DNA of 63,834 bases, filler included, from Hyphochytrium catenoides (GCA_900088475.1; 12 parts of 12 records of this genome joined end to end with filler, not necessarily neighbours in it), one strand, 5' to 3'. Positions 41,843 through 53,958 are shown, numbered from the whole stretch's first letter. Translations and numbers: made by a program. The notes: generated by a model not told the origin, from the sequence alone.

Positions 41843-44546
41843 TTATTTGCTGCTGAGGGACCCATCAGCATTCACTTGTATCGTCTTAGATCGTTGGTTG
41901 AAGCTTTCTCTCTCTTTCTCGGTCCAATCTTGCTCCTCTGCATTTTGCTTCTGCACAACGCAAGCGGCATAGATTCCTGAGGCCCTTTCCCATAGAGGGT
42001 GGTCGTAAGGAGAATCGGATCTTACCTGTGCCCTCCTTCCCTCCTTGTATGGATGCATTCTCCTTGCCCGCCCTCGGTGTTGCCTCCGGTCCTGACCTGA
42101 ATTATCCTGCATTGAGACATCTCCGTCCTGATCTATTCTTCTCCTATAAATGTCACGCCGCCCTTTGTCAGGGGGCTGGTCCTGTGCGGGGCATCAGGAA
42201 AGAGAGTTAGTTAGTGGATCAGGATATAACTAATAGAAAAGAAACTGACTGCCGGGGTGACTCACTTCGGTAGTAGCTATGCGTAGTAAAACCTGGCAGA
42301 CGATGCTACCTCCTCCATCTCTCTTTTTAACCGGTACTCCTAACCGCCAGCCGACACTGGCAAGGTCGATTTCACTCGAAGCTTTCCCGATGGGGTCTTC
42401 TGTCACGTTCGAGCTGACGCCCTCGACCTCCATCACTTCCCCTTCGACCACTTCCTGAGTGAGGGAGGCTTGCATCGGCTCCCTCTGCTCTTTGCTCTTC
42501 TCTGCTGTGTCCTGAACTAAGTAAGCGCTTGGGTCCTTGGGAAGCTCGTCGCTCAGCGCTACGAGGGCACGCTGGGCCGTATGCTATCCGAATAGGTACA
42601 TGGTTCATACGGCAGCACGGTCAAGACCCAGACAAAGATTCAATAGAAGAAAGAAATTGTATGCATAGACGACCTCAGTCACGAGAAGAGCGAGGAAAAA
42701 GCCATGCGGCCGGGGCAAAAAGTTACTAATTGTCGTTGCTGTTTAGAGAAAGGATAGGAAATCAGACCTGGTCGTTGAAGACTACATTGACGGCTGCATC
42801 GTCTATCCACTCGAGGTATGAGGGTCCGTATCCTTGAAAATAGGCCATGATATCAGCACTCCGTATCGCTATTCTGTCTCGCTTGGGGCGGCCAAATATA
42901 TACATGTGTAGAACGTGAGGTCGCCTCTCGGCGTTCTCTCCTGGATCCTTCCTGCCGGCGAGGTGCTTGACTGCAATGCTAATGGCGGTAGGCAAAGCTA
43001 CGCCAAACTACGATCACAGGCAGCACATGGTTCGGGAGGATTCATAATGAAGGGTGAAGCAAGGCGGTTAAGCGCGCAGGCAAGAAACACTAGCAGCGAG
43101 ATCCATTCTAACCTTCTCAGCCCGCTTTGCCTTCTTCTCTTTCTCCGCCTTATGATGTGCCCATTCTTCCTCCGTCATGTTGGCGGTCTCTGCCCGAGCC
43201 ACTTCTGTGGAGTACTCTAACGCGTATGATGGAGTGCCGAACCTCTCCATGCGCCTCCTTCGCTTCTCCTTCTCAGCCTCAGAGGACAAGTCAAAGCCTG
43301 TGACAAAACCCGGCTCGGCATGACCCACACGCTGCATCTTCATCAAATCCCCAGGTTGAATGAACTTCGATAGATCCTAGTACCAAGGGATTATGAATCG
43401 TGAGACCGTGCAACCTTCTTGTGACTGGGAAAGAGCACAAGGGACGAGAGGGCACAGAGAAGCTAGGAAGGGCATTCCGAGGCTGACGGAGTGAACAGAG
43501 AAGAGAAAAGCTCAGCTTCCCTCCTACCGGGGCCACGTAAGGAGTGCCGAAGCGCTCCGCTCTGGTTCTGGCTCTCTCGCATTCTTGCTTGTAGGCCTCA
43601 ATATACTGGGGAGGAATGCCTTCGGGTATATAGGCGGAATCCTCTAGGAGCACCGGCTTAGGTCCAGCGATGGAGGTATCTCCGCTATCTCGTCCTCCAA
43701 AGATCTGTTTCAGCTTGACCGGCGACGCCCAGGACGTAAAACTGACATGCGCCGCAGGAATGGGCTGCGTATCCTCATACCTGAGGATTGTGGATTTCCC
43801 TAAATCCGGTCCTACACCCATGGAAAGGACCCCTAATAATCGAAAGTGCAAGCGAAGAAAGGGTGAGGGAACAAGAGGGAACAAGCCAGACAAAATATCC
43901 ACATAGCTAAAGAGTTGCTGGCGACGTAAAATGGATGATGCATAAGGTACGTGCCACATAAAGAAGAGCAAGAAGATGTTCCGTCCGCTCTACACCCGAC
44001 AGTGGTTTATGTGACGAGCCATATAGACCTTTATCGGGCAGGCATGGTCCTGCTCTGTTGCCGTGGGCAGGCATGGGCAATAAAGAAGCAGGAGCTAAGT
44101 GCGATCCTACCAGCCTTTAGATGAATCCAGAAATGTCGAAACTCCCCAGCCGCTGCCAGTTTGCCGCAGAGGGTCCTCTGTACTTCCTTAGCGCCCGGTG
44201 AGCGACGTACTGCGGCCTCAGTATTACCAAAGGCACCGAATATTACTTCATACATCGGTTTTGTCACGCCTTTGGATGGAGATAGACCGATCATTCTGCC
44301 AGATCATGTTAGGATGATCAGGTTAGGGATGAGAGCCAAGCCACACCAGGCGAGCCCAAGACGATCACTGTCCTACATGTCATCTCTTGCATTGGCTTGG
44401 AACTTAATCCAGATGTTCCCCGGTTCACTAGTCTGTAGTTGTCCATTCCAAGGGGAAGGATATCGACCATGCTCGGGGTTTAGGGAGACTTGTTCCAGTC
44501 GGAACTCCTCCACCAGGCCTTGGTCAGCGTCGTCGCCTTCACTCAT
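41843..44546 (-). CDS. NCBP3: Nuclear cap-binding protein subunit 3-like protein with N-terminal farnesoic-acid O-methyltransferase-like (FAMeT) domain
   Basis: NCBP3 RRM-like core RPHVLHMY...RSADIMAYFQGYGPSYLEWIDDAAVNVVFND..TAQRAL...LLRIATTED, preceded by GFVTGFDLSSEAEKEKRRRRMERFG. The N-terminal FAMeT pattern is FQANARDD..IGLS...YEVIFGAFGNTEAAVRR...EFRHFWI...VSFTSW. Confidence 0.78.
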
Positions 44547-45295
44547 TTTGTTGCTCTGCCCAATGCGGGCTGGTGCCTGCCCCGTTATAGTCACTTTGAA
44601 AGAAGCGCCCTTCCCAGTAATCGCTTTCACCACTATCGTGAACCTGATGGGTCTCACAGTGTTTGTCACTTCCCTTTTATTGTAGGTGGTTCATGTCCCT
44701 CTACTTTCACTTCCTAGCAACCCATCCGTTAATCCACTCTCGTCATCCCAAGGGTGGCAAGATCAGGCGCAGCAGCAGCGCCGACATCAGCGGCAGCAGG
44801 AAGAGGGAGCTGGCTGGGGCAGCAGCATCAATCCAGAGCCTGGAGCTTCGATGATCCGCTCAAAGCGAAGAATCACATCCTTCCTCCGACAGTAGTGCAC
44901 TTAGCTGGAGACCTGGAGCAAGTAACGGCTAGCGCGGTTGCAGATCCATAAGTGATTATCTTAGATTGATGTTATCTAGTAATCAGTGGCTGCCCGTTCA
45001 TTACTTTTGGGCAAGGCTCTGGCTCTGTCCCTCTGAAGAGAAAGGAAGCCAGCAGTCAGCGGTCAGAATTCTGATGATGATGATGCACCGCAGCTTGAGG
45101 ACTGACAGTCCCACCCTTCAGATCACGGACGACGCGATCTGCGATGGAACATCGAGGATCTGGCCTCTGGATGGTTAGAGGTCACAGTCACCGTCAGTAT
45201 CCGCAGTTCAAGCTTGGAGGTCTCTCACTTCGATATCACTACTAAGTGCTCATTCGCAGAAGAGGTAGTAGCAGACTTCTGCCTTTGTTAGAAGA

Positions 45296-45397
45296 ATGGC
45301 AGTCAAGAGATATCTTTTGGGCGCTCTGGTGGTCGCGGCGGCACTTGCTGTACCCTTCACTGATGTGGAACGGGTAGATGAGTTGATAAGAAGCTTC
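45296..45397 (+). CDS. Start of a secreted/membrane protein (signal peptide), truncated by scaffold end
   Basis: MAVKRYLLGALVVAAALAVPFTD has a basic n-region, a hydrophobic h-region and an A-x-A site. Confidence 0.45.
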
Positions 45398-46574
45398 NNN
45401 NNNNNNNNNNNNNNNNNNNNNNNNNNNNNNNNNNNNNNNNNTTAATTAATTAANNNNNNNNNNNNNNNNNNNNNNNNNNNNNNNNNNNNNNNNNNNNGCC
45501 GAGAAGAGGGTCACACCCAGAGAGTGGAGAGGCAAGCGAAGTTAGAAAGACCTCTGAGTTGTGGTTCGGGAAAGGAGGGTGGCTGAGCGCAGTGAGAGAA
45601 AGCAAGGAAGATAGGACAGATGGGATGGGGTTGAATATAACGGGAAAGGAGGACGCAGCGGCGTAGGTGCAGAAGCTCAAGAATACGGTGGATGCGGTCG
45701 GCTTTCCATCTGACGAAGCACAAGAATCTAGACACTGAAGGTCTGAAGAGTCTGAGCGAAGCGGTGATGGTTGATGGCAAGAGAGAAAGACCAGGGACGC
45801 ACCCAGACAAGCCATCGTACTACGGGCTTTGACATCGCAAGCCTCGCGATTCCAAGGCCACTGAAGAGAAAGAGAGACCAAGAAATGCGAGAGTTCTCAG
45901 ACAGACTGAGCGTCCGGCCAATGGCCTTTAACACTGTCCCAGCCACCATGGACATGCAGCAGCATGCGGTGTCAGAAAGGATGAAGGCGATGAAGGTCGC
46001 CATGCTGCACTAACACGAGCAGAGGACGTCTCTTTCTCTTCGTCTCCTCTCCGGCTAGCGGCCAAGCTCTGTCGCTCTCTGTCTAATTCCCAGACTCTCT
46101 TCTCGCCGGAACGATCCTATTGTCAGAAGAATGAGCGGTAGAATGAGTGCTACTAGCCAGAAGGCTCAGGAAGTTGCTAAACTCTAGAAGGACGAAGAAG
46201 AGCTATAAATCTGGCAGTGCCCACCTGCGCCCCACAAGCCTCGTCCCTAGTGGCTCCTAACTTGATCTGCCTAGCGAGGACGCAAGGGAAGGACCGGTCA
46301 CGGCTCTGTTGTCAGCTCGTCAGCTCCTCCTCTGCTGCTGTCGCTTCGTCGCTTCACCGTGTCATTGACAAGAGCTTCTGCTTTCGTGGAAAGTCATCTT
46401 TTTCTTGTCTTGATCGTCAGTTTGTTTAGCTTCGTATATTTCCCTTTTTATTGAATGTTTCCAAAAATAACTACTTTCTTAGCTGTGGGGAAGGTAAGTT
46501 TAATGAATCTTCCACAGGAAAGATTCCCCACTTGCGAACCGTTCTCTTTCCCTTCATGTTCGCTCCTTCCCAAC

Positions 46575-46600
46575 TTTCTCTTCTCTCTCTTTCTCTCTCG

Positions 46601-46683
<83 letters not shown>

Positions 46684-46750
46684 CTCTTCCTTCCTTTCTC
46701 TCTCTTTTCTTTCGCTATCACTCTGGGTTGTCTCTCTCTCTCTCCCTTCT
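46575..46750. repeat. (CT)n microsatellite
   Basis: Near-perfect CT run of more than 100 bp. Confidence 0.9.
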
Positions 46751-47225
46751 TTCTACGGTAGTGCCCTCTAAAGAGGTCCTTTGCGCCATTTCCTTTGCGC
46801 CACGTCTCCCTGCATTCTCCCTCCTTCGTTGACCTCTTTGGCCTCTTCCAAGTGGTCCTCTCCCTCCTGCCTCCCGATGAGGAAGAGGGTGGCTGCTCTG
46901 TGCAGAGAGAGGCTTCTGGATCAGTGCTCCATCAGCGCTTAAGGCTGCCTTATCTTATGGGAGCAAGGAGGATAGCTTCTGTCTCCTTCGTCTGAGAGTG
47001 ATCGCTGCCTACTGTCCAAGGTAGAGGAAAGGAGAGGACTCCTTGCCTTTCAGCGGACTTCGTGCCTACTCTCTCGCTCTGTCTCTGTCTGTCTTTCTCT
47101 CGCCTCTCTCCTATCTCTCGGCACACGGAGCATCTTTCTTCTTCTATCTCGCAGTTGGATCTCTTCATTCAATAGTTGATAAGCCCTGATGGACTAGGGA
47201 TGCAGAGAGAGAGGCCAAAGCTAAG

Positions 47226-48546
47226 ATGCTAGCACCACAGCTGGAGGCTAAGAGACAAGAAGATGTGCCGCCCCTCTCTCAAAGAAGGGCCTCTCTTTCA
47301 CGGGCATCACTTCAGCTCCAACGACCCCGTCTCTCTTCTTCTGCATCGTCGTCTCTCTCCTCAGCTCCTGCTCATCCTTGGACAAAGACACTATCTGGTC
47401 CTTCCGTCGGCTGTGTGCTAAAAGTGGTGGTGGTCGGCTCGCCTGCAGTAGGGAAGACTCAGCTCGTCTCCCAGTTGGTGCGACATCAGTTCTCTAGTGA
47501 CTACCAGCCGACCACAGGTAAGGCGAAGAGGAGTGAGGGAAGGGCTCTGTGGAAGGAGAGTATACGAGCTAGAGTGACTGAAGAAAGGACGAGCGCCGAT
47601 GTTAGAGAGACAGATCAAGTGATAGACGATCAGGAAGATCCTCCGAAGAGGAAGAAGAAAGAAAAGAGAGTGTGACGAAGGAAACCTAGGGAAAATGGGA
47701 GAAGAGAGGGCTCTCCTCCACCACTTGGAAGAACAAAGAAGGATGTAAGCTTCTGAGCTTCTAAGATCGCCCCCTTCTTCTTATATCTGTCTAGGGTTCC
47801 AGTTCTCTTCCAAAACTCTAAGAGTCGAGGGCCGCGGCGTGAAGGTTCAGATCTGGGACGCCTCGGCTGAGGGAGCGCTTACCCCGGTGAGCGTAGGAGG
47901 TTGAAGAAGCCAGAGATATAGAAAGGAGGGTCTGTGGGTGAGGGGCTCTCCATTGGTGGAGGCAAGTCACGTGTGCTACAACTGGATGGAAGAAGAGAGA
48001 GAGAGTGAACAAGAGAGAAAGAGAAACAAAGAGAGAGAGAGAGAAGCAAAGGACCTGCATGACTGCGAGAACGATACAACTAGAAGAAGAGCGAAGAAAG
48101 AGCCCTCTAACTCACCCGGTAATTGCCTCCTAGTCTTTCTACAAGGGTGCAGTAGGAGTTCTGTTGGTCTACGACGTGACCGATAGAGAAACATTTCTTG
48201 AAGTCCAGCACTGTCTGGCGGTTGTGCGGCAACAGGCGCATAAAGACGTTCTTCTTGTCCTTGTGGGCAACAAGACAGACAGCAGTCACCTGCCAGGAGC
48301 TCGACAGGTCCCTTAACTCTTTCCACATCCTGCTTTGTTTGGGCTGCTTAGCGCTGTTGGAAGCCCGTAGTCTTTCTGCCCTGCTCACATCTCTCTCTTC
48401 TAGCATGCTCTTTGTGTCTTCCGGTCCTCACTCTCACTCTCTCTTCTTGGGCTATGTCTTTTAGGTATCAACACTAGAGGCTGCGAGGTTTGCCGAGAAG
48501 CATTCAATGGACTTCATCGAGACATCAGCAGTGGATGGTACAAACG
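47226..48546 (+). CDS. Atypical Rab-family small GTPase, 3' truncated
   Basis: Exons are 47226-47517, 47795-47886, 48134-48307 and 48465-48546. They give LKVVVVGSPAVGKT, YQPTTG, VKVQIWDASAEG, FYKGAVGVLLVYDVT, LVGNKTD and FIETSA. Confidence 0.88.
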
Positions 48547-50376
48547 GTAAGAACTTGCCGCTCACGTGTTAGAAGCATGCTCCCTCTTCTGGCATTGTGT
48601 CTCGGTCGCAGCCTANNNNNNNNNNNNNNNNNNNNNNNNNNNNNNNNNNNNNNNNNNNNTTAATTAATTAANNNNNNNNNNNNNNNNNNNNNNNNNNNNN
48701 NNNNNNNNNNNNNNNGAAGACAGGACGGCTGTCCTCGTCGCTACAATGAAGAGCCCGAGAGGAGTGAGCTTGACTGCCATTCACGCACAGTGAAGAGCGG
48801 GACGGAAGGGCGAACAAGGGACACACGAGACCAAGAGAGACAGGCAGACGGGGCCTTGTGTATGATGAAGACAGGCAGGAGAGAAACTATTGAGTAACGG
48901 ACGATTCTTTACTATGATAATCGGTAATTGATAATCATCTCAGGTCAGTTCCTTCATTATTACGGTGGCTCTTTCTTTAGCAGACCAGCCATTTAGAAAC
49001 TCCACCACCACGGCTTGTGGTTAGTTCTATGTGTTACGCTGTTTGTTGCCCTACTACTCTTGCGATTCTTGGACCCACTTTACCACCACTGCGGCTGCAG
49101 GACGACAAGCCTCATCATTTTAAGTACTAGCAGCAAACGCAGCTAAGGGAAAAGGCTCCAAGTCGCATGATGATATGTTTGTATGTCCATCAACATCATA
49201 TGATCATTCTTCTTGATGCCCCTACTACACCTGCTGAGTGGTGGATGATACGTCATATTATCATCATATCATTATACATATATTATTATGGAGGCGGTAA
49301 GAAGAAGCTGCGGCAGTGCAGGTAGCATCATCATCCTTATTGGCGAACAATCCATCACGTGCATCATATATAACGCCGGTGGTAGCTTCTTCCTTCTTGC
49401 TGCCAATTTCTTCATCAATTATAATAACCACCACCTTCTTCTTGATTAGAACAACGTAGAGGAGGACAGATAAGGAAATGGGACCGCCTTCCTGGACGCC
49501 GTTTTTATGCTGTCTGTTGTTGTCTAATTAGCCAGACGAAGCCTACTACTATCCGTCATACAGTGTTCTTTGATGATGAGCGAACTTCTTGTTGCTCCTT
49601 CCAGCAACAACAAGCTGCTGCTCCATCCCTACTACTACTAGTACTACTGCTAATGACAGTTTCTATTTTTCCTCACCGTCCTATGAGTAGAGCAGGTTTC
49701 AACAGAAGAAGAAGAAGAACTGTTTGCCTGCCTGGTGGTTGCCAGCTGCTGCTGTCAACAGAAAATAAACAACACGGACAAACCTTCTTCATCGACGAGC
49801 TCCAGTCTAACACAACAAAAGCACGTTAGCGGCTCCTCAACTTATATCATCATTCCTGATATCTGCCTCTCTTGGGCAGATTTCGTAAATTAGCCGCCCA
49901 AGCGGTGGTATGTGAGACAGAGTAACAATATGTATTACTGAAGAAGGCGATAGTGTACAAGGTTGAAGGATGTAGCACCTGATCCTCCGCCGCCCTTGTT
50001 CTTGTGCAGCAAGTCATTCCTCATTTCTCTTTCCCGTTCGCCAAGTCTCGCCGCCGCCGCCGCCTCTGTCACTTTGGACGCCCATCTACAGCTTTCTAGA
50101 GCTTTGTCATCGGCTTCTGACATCACCTTGGCCACAACAAGCGCGCGATAAGCTTCTCCCTGGTCGTCGCTCCCAGGGCCTCGGTAGCAGAGCTTGTTGT
50201 AAAGAGAATTTACCAAGCAAAGTGAAGTCAGACCGTAGAATAGAGAACCCGTATTCGTTCATGCTGCGCCTTGTGANNNNNNNNNNNNNNNNNNNNNNNN
50301 NNNNNNNNNNNNNNNNNNNNTTAATTAATTAANNNNNNNNNNNNNNNNNNNNNNNNNNNNNNNNNNNNNNNNNNNN

Positions 50377-51757
50377 TCAAAGACATCCCATGAACCACTT
50401 TTGCGGTGGCAGCCATCATGGAAGGGTTGGCATGTCCCAGCCGTCGATGCCACAGCAGACAATTGTCTCCCTTGCGAGTGAGATAGCTTGTCTTTCCCGA
50501 CCCTTGCTTGTCCTTACAGACACGAGCATTGAGGAAATAGAGACCGTTCTTTCTCTGGCCTTCTCCGATCCTCTCTCCTGACGCTGAATGTTGAAGAGCA
50601 CAAGCTTCTCCCTCGAACGAGACTCTAACTCCGCGCTCCGAGGCTTGCTGGACAGAGAACAGATTGTTGTGCAGCTCTGGAACAAGAAGTGCCCCATGCA
50701 GGGTACAAGGCTTCACTTCACCCTTGACGAGCATATCAATGTGGATAGTCCCATGTCCTAGAGAGCGAAGCTTCTGTCCCCCTGCCACTACAACCTCATC
50801 ATCTTCGTGCGTCAATGTAGCAAAGGCTCTGCTATCATTGCACATGTGGTGAGTAGCTCCGGAGTCCACTATCCACTGGGCAGATGTTAGCTCCTCTGTT
50901 TCTTCTCCACCTTTGAGAACCATAAGAGCCGTCCTGCTCTTCTTGTCCTTGCCGTCAGTGGGAGGCTTTTTGCAGTCCTCAGCCATGTGACCAGGAGTGT
51001 CACAGTTCCAGCACTTCCCCTTAATCTTCCGATGTTTCTGGAACTTTTTCTTCTCTTTCTCCTCTCTCCCGCTCCTGTCTTTCGATGGCTTATTGGGAGG
51101 AACCTGCGTCTGCAAAGCTCGTTTCTCCTCTTCTTCAGCTTTCGCAGCTCTTTCTACGTCGCCTTCTTCCATCAGCAGAGCTCCTTTGAGCGTTGAGAGA
51201 GTGATCGCGGTCTGACTATTAACAGTCAGCACCTTGGTGATGAGCCTGTACTCCTCCGGAAGCCCCCGGATGACGTAGTTCACCACCGTGCTTTCATCAA
51301 TCTTTTCTCCGCCATCTAGAAGCTCGCGCATCATTCCTTTTGCACGGGCAATGTACTGATGGATGGACTCAGTTTTGCGCTTGTTGATATTTTGAAGATC
51401 ATCTCTGATCCTCATCGCTTCCGCTGGGCGAAGTTTCCCATACTCCTTCTTGAGTATATCCCATACCTCCGGCGCTGTCTTCACTCCGATAACATCAGAG
51501 AAGATCTCAGGGGTAAGGGTTGGCAATATGACGCCTTGCGCGGCATCACTTCTTCGTCTCCACTCGGCCAGCTCTTTCGTCGCCTCCTTCGAGGTAGGAG
51601 GTAGCTCACGCTCTCCGTCATCACACACGACGGTCCACAGCTTCCTCTGCTTGAGGGCAAGCATAACCAGTTCCCGCCAGATGCGGAAGTGTGCTCCTGT
51701 GAGCTTGGGGATGCTCGCTGTTGGCAGGGAATGCTCCATGGTCGTTTGCGTAGCCAT
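50377..51757 (-). CDS. Copia gag-pol polyprotein (gag, CCHC knuckle, aspartic protease, GAG-pre-integrase), partial
   Basis: IPKLTGAHFRIW, CWNCDTPGHMAEDC, WIVDSGATHHM, NLFSV and LWHRRLGH occur in copia domain order. Confidence 0.95.
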
Positions 51758-51802
51758 AATCTAGTGTGCAAACTGCTCCTAGTTCAGTGGGTCCAGAACC
51801 TT

Positions 51803-52033
51803 TGTTGATTAAGAGAACAGAGTTGAGTCTTGGGCTGAGTAGCACGGAGATGTTCTCGTTAGTCACTGATATGAAAGAGCACTTGCACGATGAATTGCTT
51901 TTTCTCAACTGAGCTCTGTTAGAGAGATTATCGCTAAGCTATCTCTGCTAACAGAGTCTACATCTCAATCTCCATCTCGATGACTGTTGCCATCTCTTCT
52001 TGAGAGTGATAGAGTCCGGGTAGGACCTCAACA
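51803..52033 (-). repeat. 5' LTR of copia family A (about 231 bp)
   Basis: Termini are TGTTGA...TCAACA. After 2 nt comes the PBS GGTTCTGGACCCAC (51787-51800), a 2-mismatch version of the half-tRNA(iMet) PBS GGTTATGGGCCCAC. Confidence 0.8.
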
Positions 52034-53099
52034 TGCAAACAAGAAAGGTTAGCCTAACCCTTTCTATCACAGAGTCGTGTAGTCAGCACGACAGAGGCGG
52101 GTAGAGTGCAGCCTCACCCTATCTTGACTATGGTCACAGAGGTTGGGTAGGCAGCGGCTTCACTCCAGGTCCGTTACAAGGAGATGAGCTATCTCCTAAC
52201 CTCTGTAGGCGTACACCATGTTAACCTACACGCATTTCGTGACAGTAATCCACCAGGACAAAAGGGACCACGGCACCACAGCAAGGGATCACAGCCTCAA
52301 GTCTCCAGGACGGAAGGAACCACAGTATCGGCGACAGTTATCCTCCAGGACAAAACGGGCCACGGCNNNNNNNNNNNNNNNNNNNNNNNNNNNNNNNNNN
52401 NNNNNNNNNNTTAATTAATTAANNNNNNNNNNNNNNNNNNNNNNNNNNNNNNNNNNNNNNNNNNNNCCTCTGTTAGCGCGCCGGTTGGTACGTCGTGACC
52501 GGACTGCTCTCAACACATCAGTGTACCAGGGAGCGCTAAATCCAGTTCTTTGGCCGCCTGATGATGGAGAGCACCGTCTGAGGCGCACGGAAGCACTCGT
52601 CACTGCAGGAATAAATACAATTTTGTGTGTCAAGCACAACATCCTTGGCCCTAAGATCAATATAGTGTTATGCCCATCGTTCTAGACAATGGGTTTGCTT
52701 GCTTTCTTACTTCGTCTGATAGCACCTGTCTAACCCAATGTTAAGAAGAAGACGATCTTGTAGAGACCCTAGTGGTGGCTACGTAGCAACAGCTGCGATA
52801 ATAAAGAAGGGAGCAGATGAAGTATCAATGTCACCGCTGCTGATACTGTCATTCTGGTCAATGTGGATTTATATCATCGTCTGGGCACATTGTCACCGTA
52901 AGAGCTCCTCACCTCCTCTTCTTGCGACCATCAGTTATTCTCATCATCACCATTCACTTCCTAGGAATCTTCGCCGCAGCAGCATAGCCGTACCGTCGCT
53001 GCTGCGCGTCACGATCATCGCTTCTTCTACAAGTTTAATACTCCTGACTGCGTCGTCATCATTGGTCTTTAATCGCTCGTCATCCTCCTTGTAACTCCC

Positions 53100-53545
53100 T
53101 CATCTTCTTTGGAGCGAGGCGGTATTAAAGATTCTTTCCATTAACTGTGACCAAAAGGCTCCAAGCGCTCCTAGACCATTATCTTTCATCTCTCAAAGAA
53201 GCTCCTTGCGAGCCTCCTTTGCTGGTGTCAAAAAGGACACTACTCTAGCCGGAATGCATTGCTTCCGCATCTCCTGCAGACTCCTCCTCCTGTTATCTTA
53301 AACTTCCCAACCCTCTTGTATAGCTCTGAATGGACTGTCTTTGTTTCTAAACGTACTCTGCCCTCCATCTTTATTTGGTTAAGCTGGTCTGTCTCTGCTC
53401 TCTTTGGTATCTTGTTTCTACTATATGTACCTGTTTTCACCCATGATCATCAATGTTCTCTTTACCTCTAATAGCCCTCCGTACGACGCACACCATCCAG
53501 TTGCCGAATGCTGAGCCTGCATGACCGTTTTTGAGGAAATGAATG
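53100..53545 (-). mobile_element. Degenerate non-LTR (LINE) retrotransposon 3' fragment
   Basis: HSELYKRVGKFKITGGGVCRRCGS...LE*CP...ARKELL resembles the C-terminal cysteine-rich region of LINE ORF2. Stops and frameshifts are present. Confidence 0.45.
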
Positions 53546-53927
53546 NNNNNNNNNNNNNNNNNNNNNNNNNNNNNNNNNNNNNNNNNNNNTTAATTAATTA
53601 ANNNNNNNNNNNNNNNNNNNNNNNNNNNNNNNNNNNNNNNNNNNNAGTGAAAGAGAGAGAGAGAGAGAAAGAGAGAATGGTCTCTGTAAAGACCTCCACT
53701 CTTCTTTCCTCAGCTTATTAGAAATTTCTTCTGTTGGTGAGAGCCGTTACAGACCCTAACAACAACATGAGAGGGAGGGGCTAACGGCTAGGATGTGGTG
53801 GTTCGTTTTCTTGTTTATTGTACTCGTAAAAGGAGAGAGAGAGAGAGTAAGGGAAAGAGAGAAGAGAGAAAAAAAGAAGAGAGACAGAGAGAGAGTAAAA
53901 GAAGGAGAGATTGTGAAAGAGAGAGAG

Positions 53928-53958
<31 letters not shown>

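Larger units (their letters stand above)
50377..52033 (-). mobile_element. Ty1/copia LTR retrotransposon family A, 5' part
   Basis: A 5' LTR, a PBS and an uninterrupted gag-pol ORF run into the scaffold end. Confidence 0.93.

Noticed and set aside
45498-46013. 3' end of a gene ending ...MKAMKVAMLH
   Set aside because: There is no recognisable family and the upstream frame is inconsistent, so support is insufficient.
48716-50276. ORFs on this small scaffold
   Set aside because: They are short, with triplet-rich low complexity and no identifiable motif.
52558-52595. Hammerhead ribozyme (CTGATGA core)
   Set aside because: There is no correctly placed GAAA or stem III/NUH. It is kept only as a generic structured-RNA candidate.
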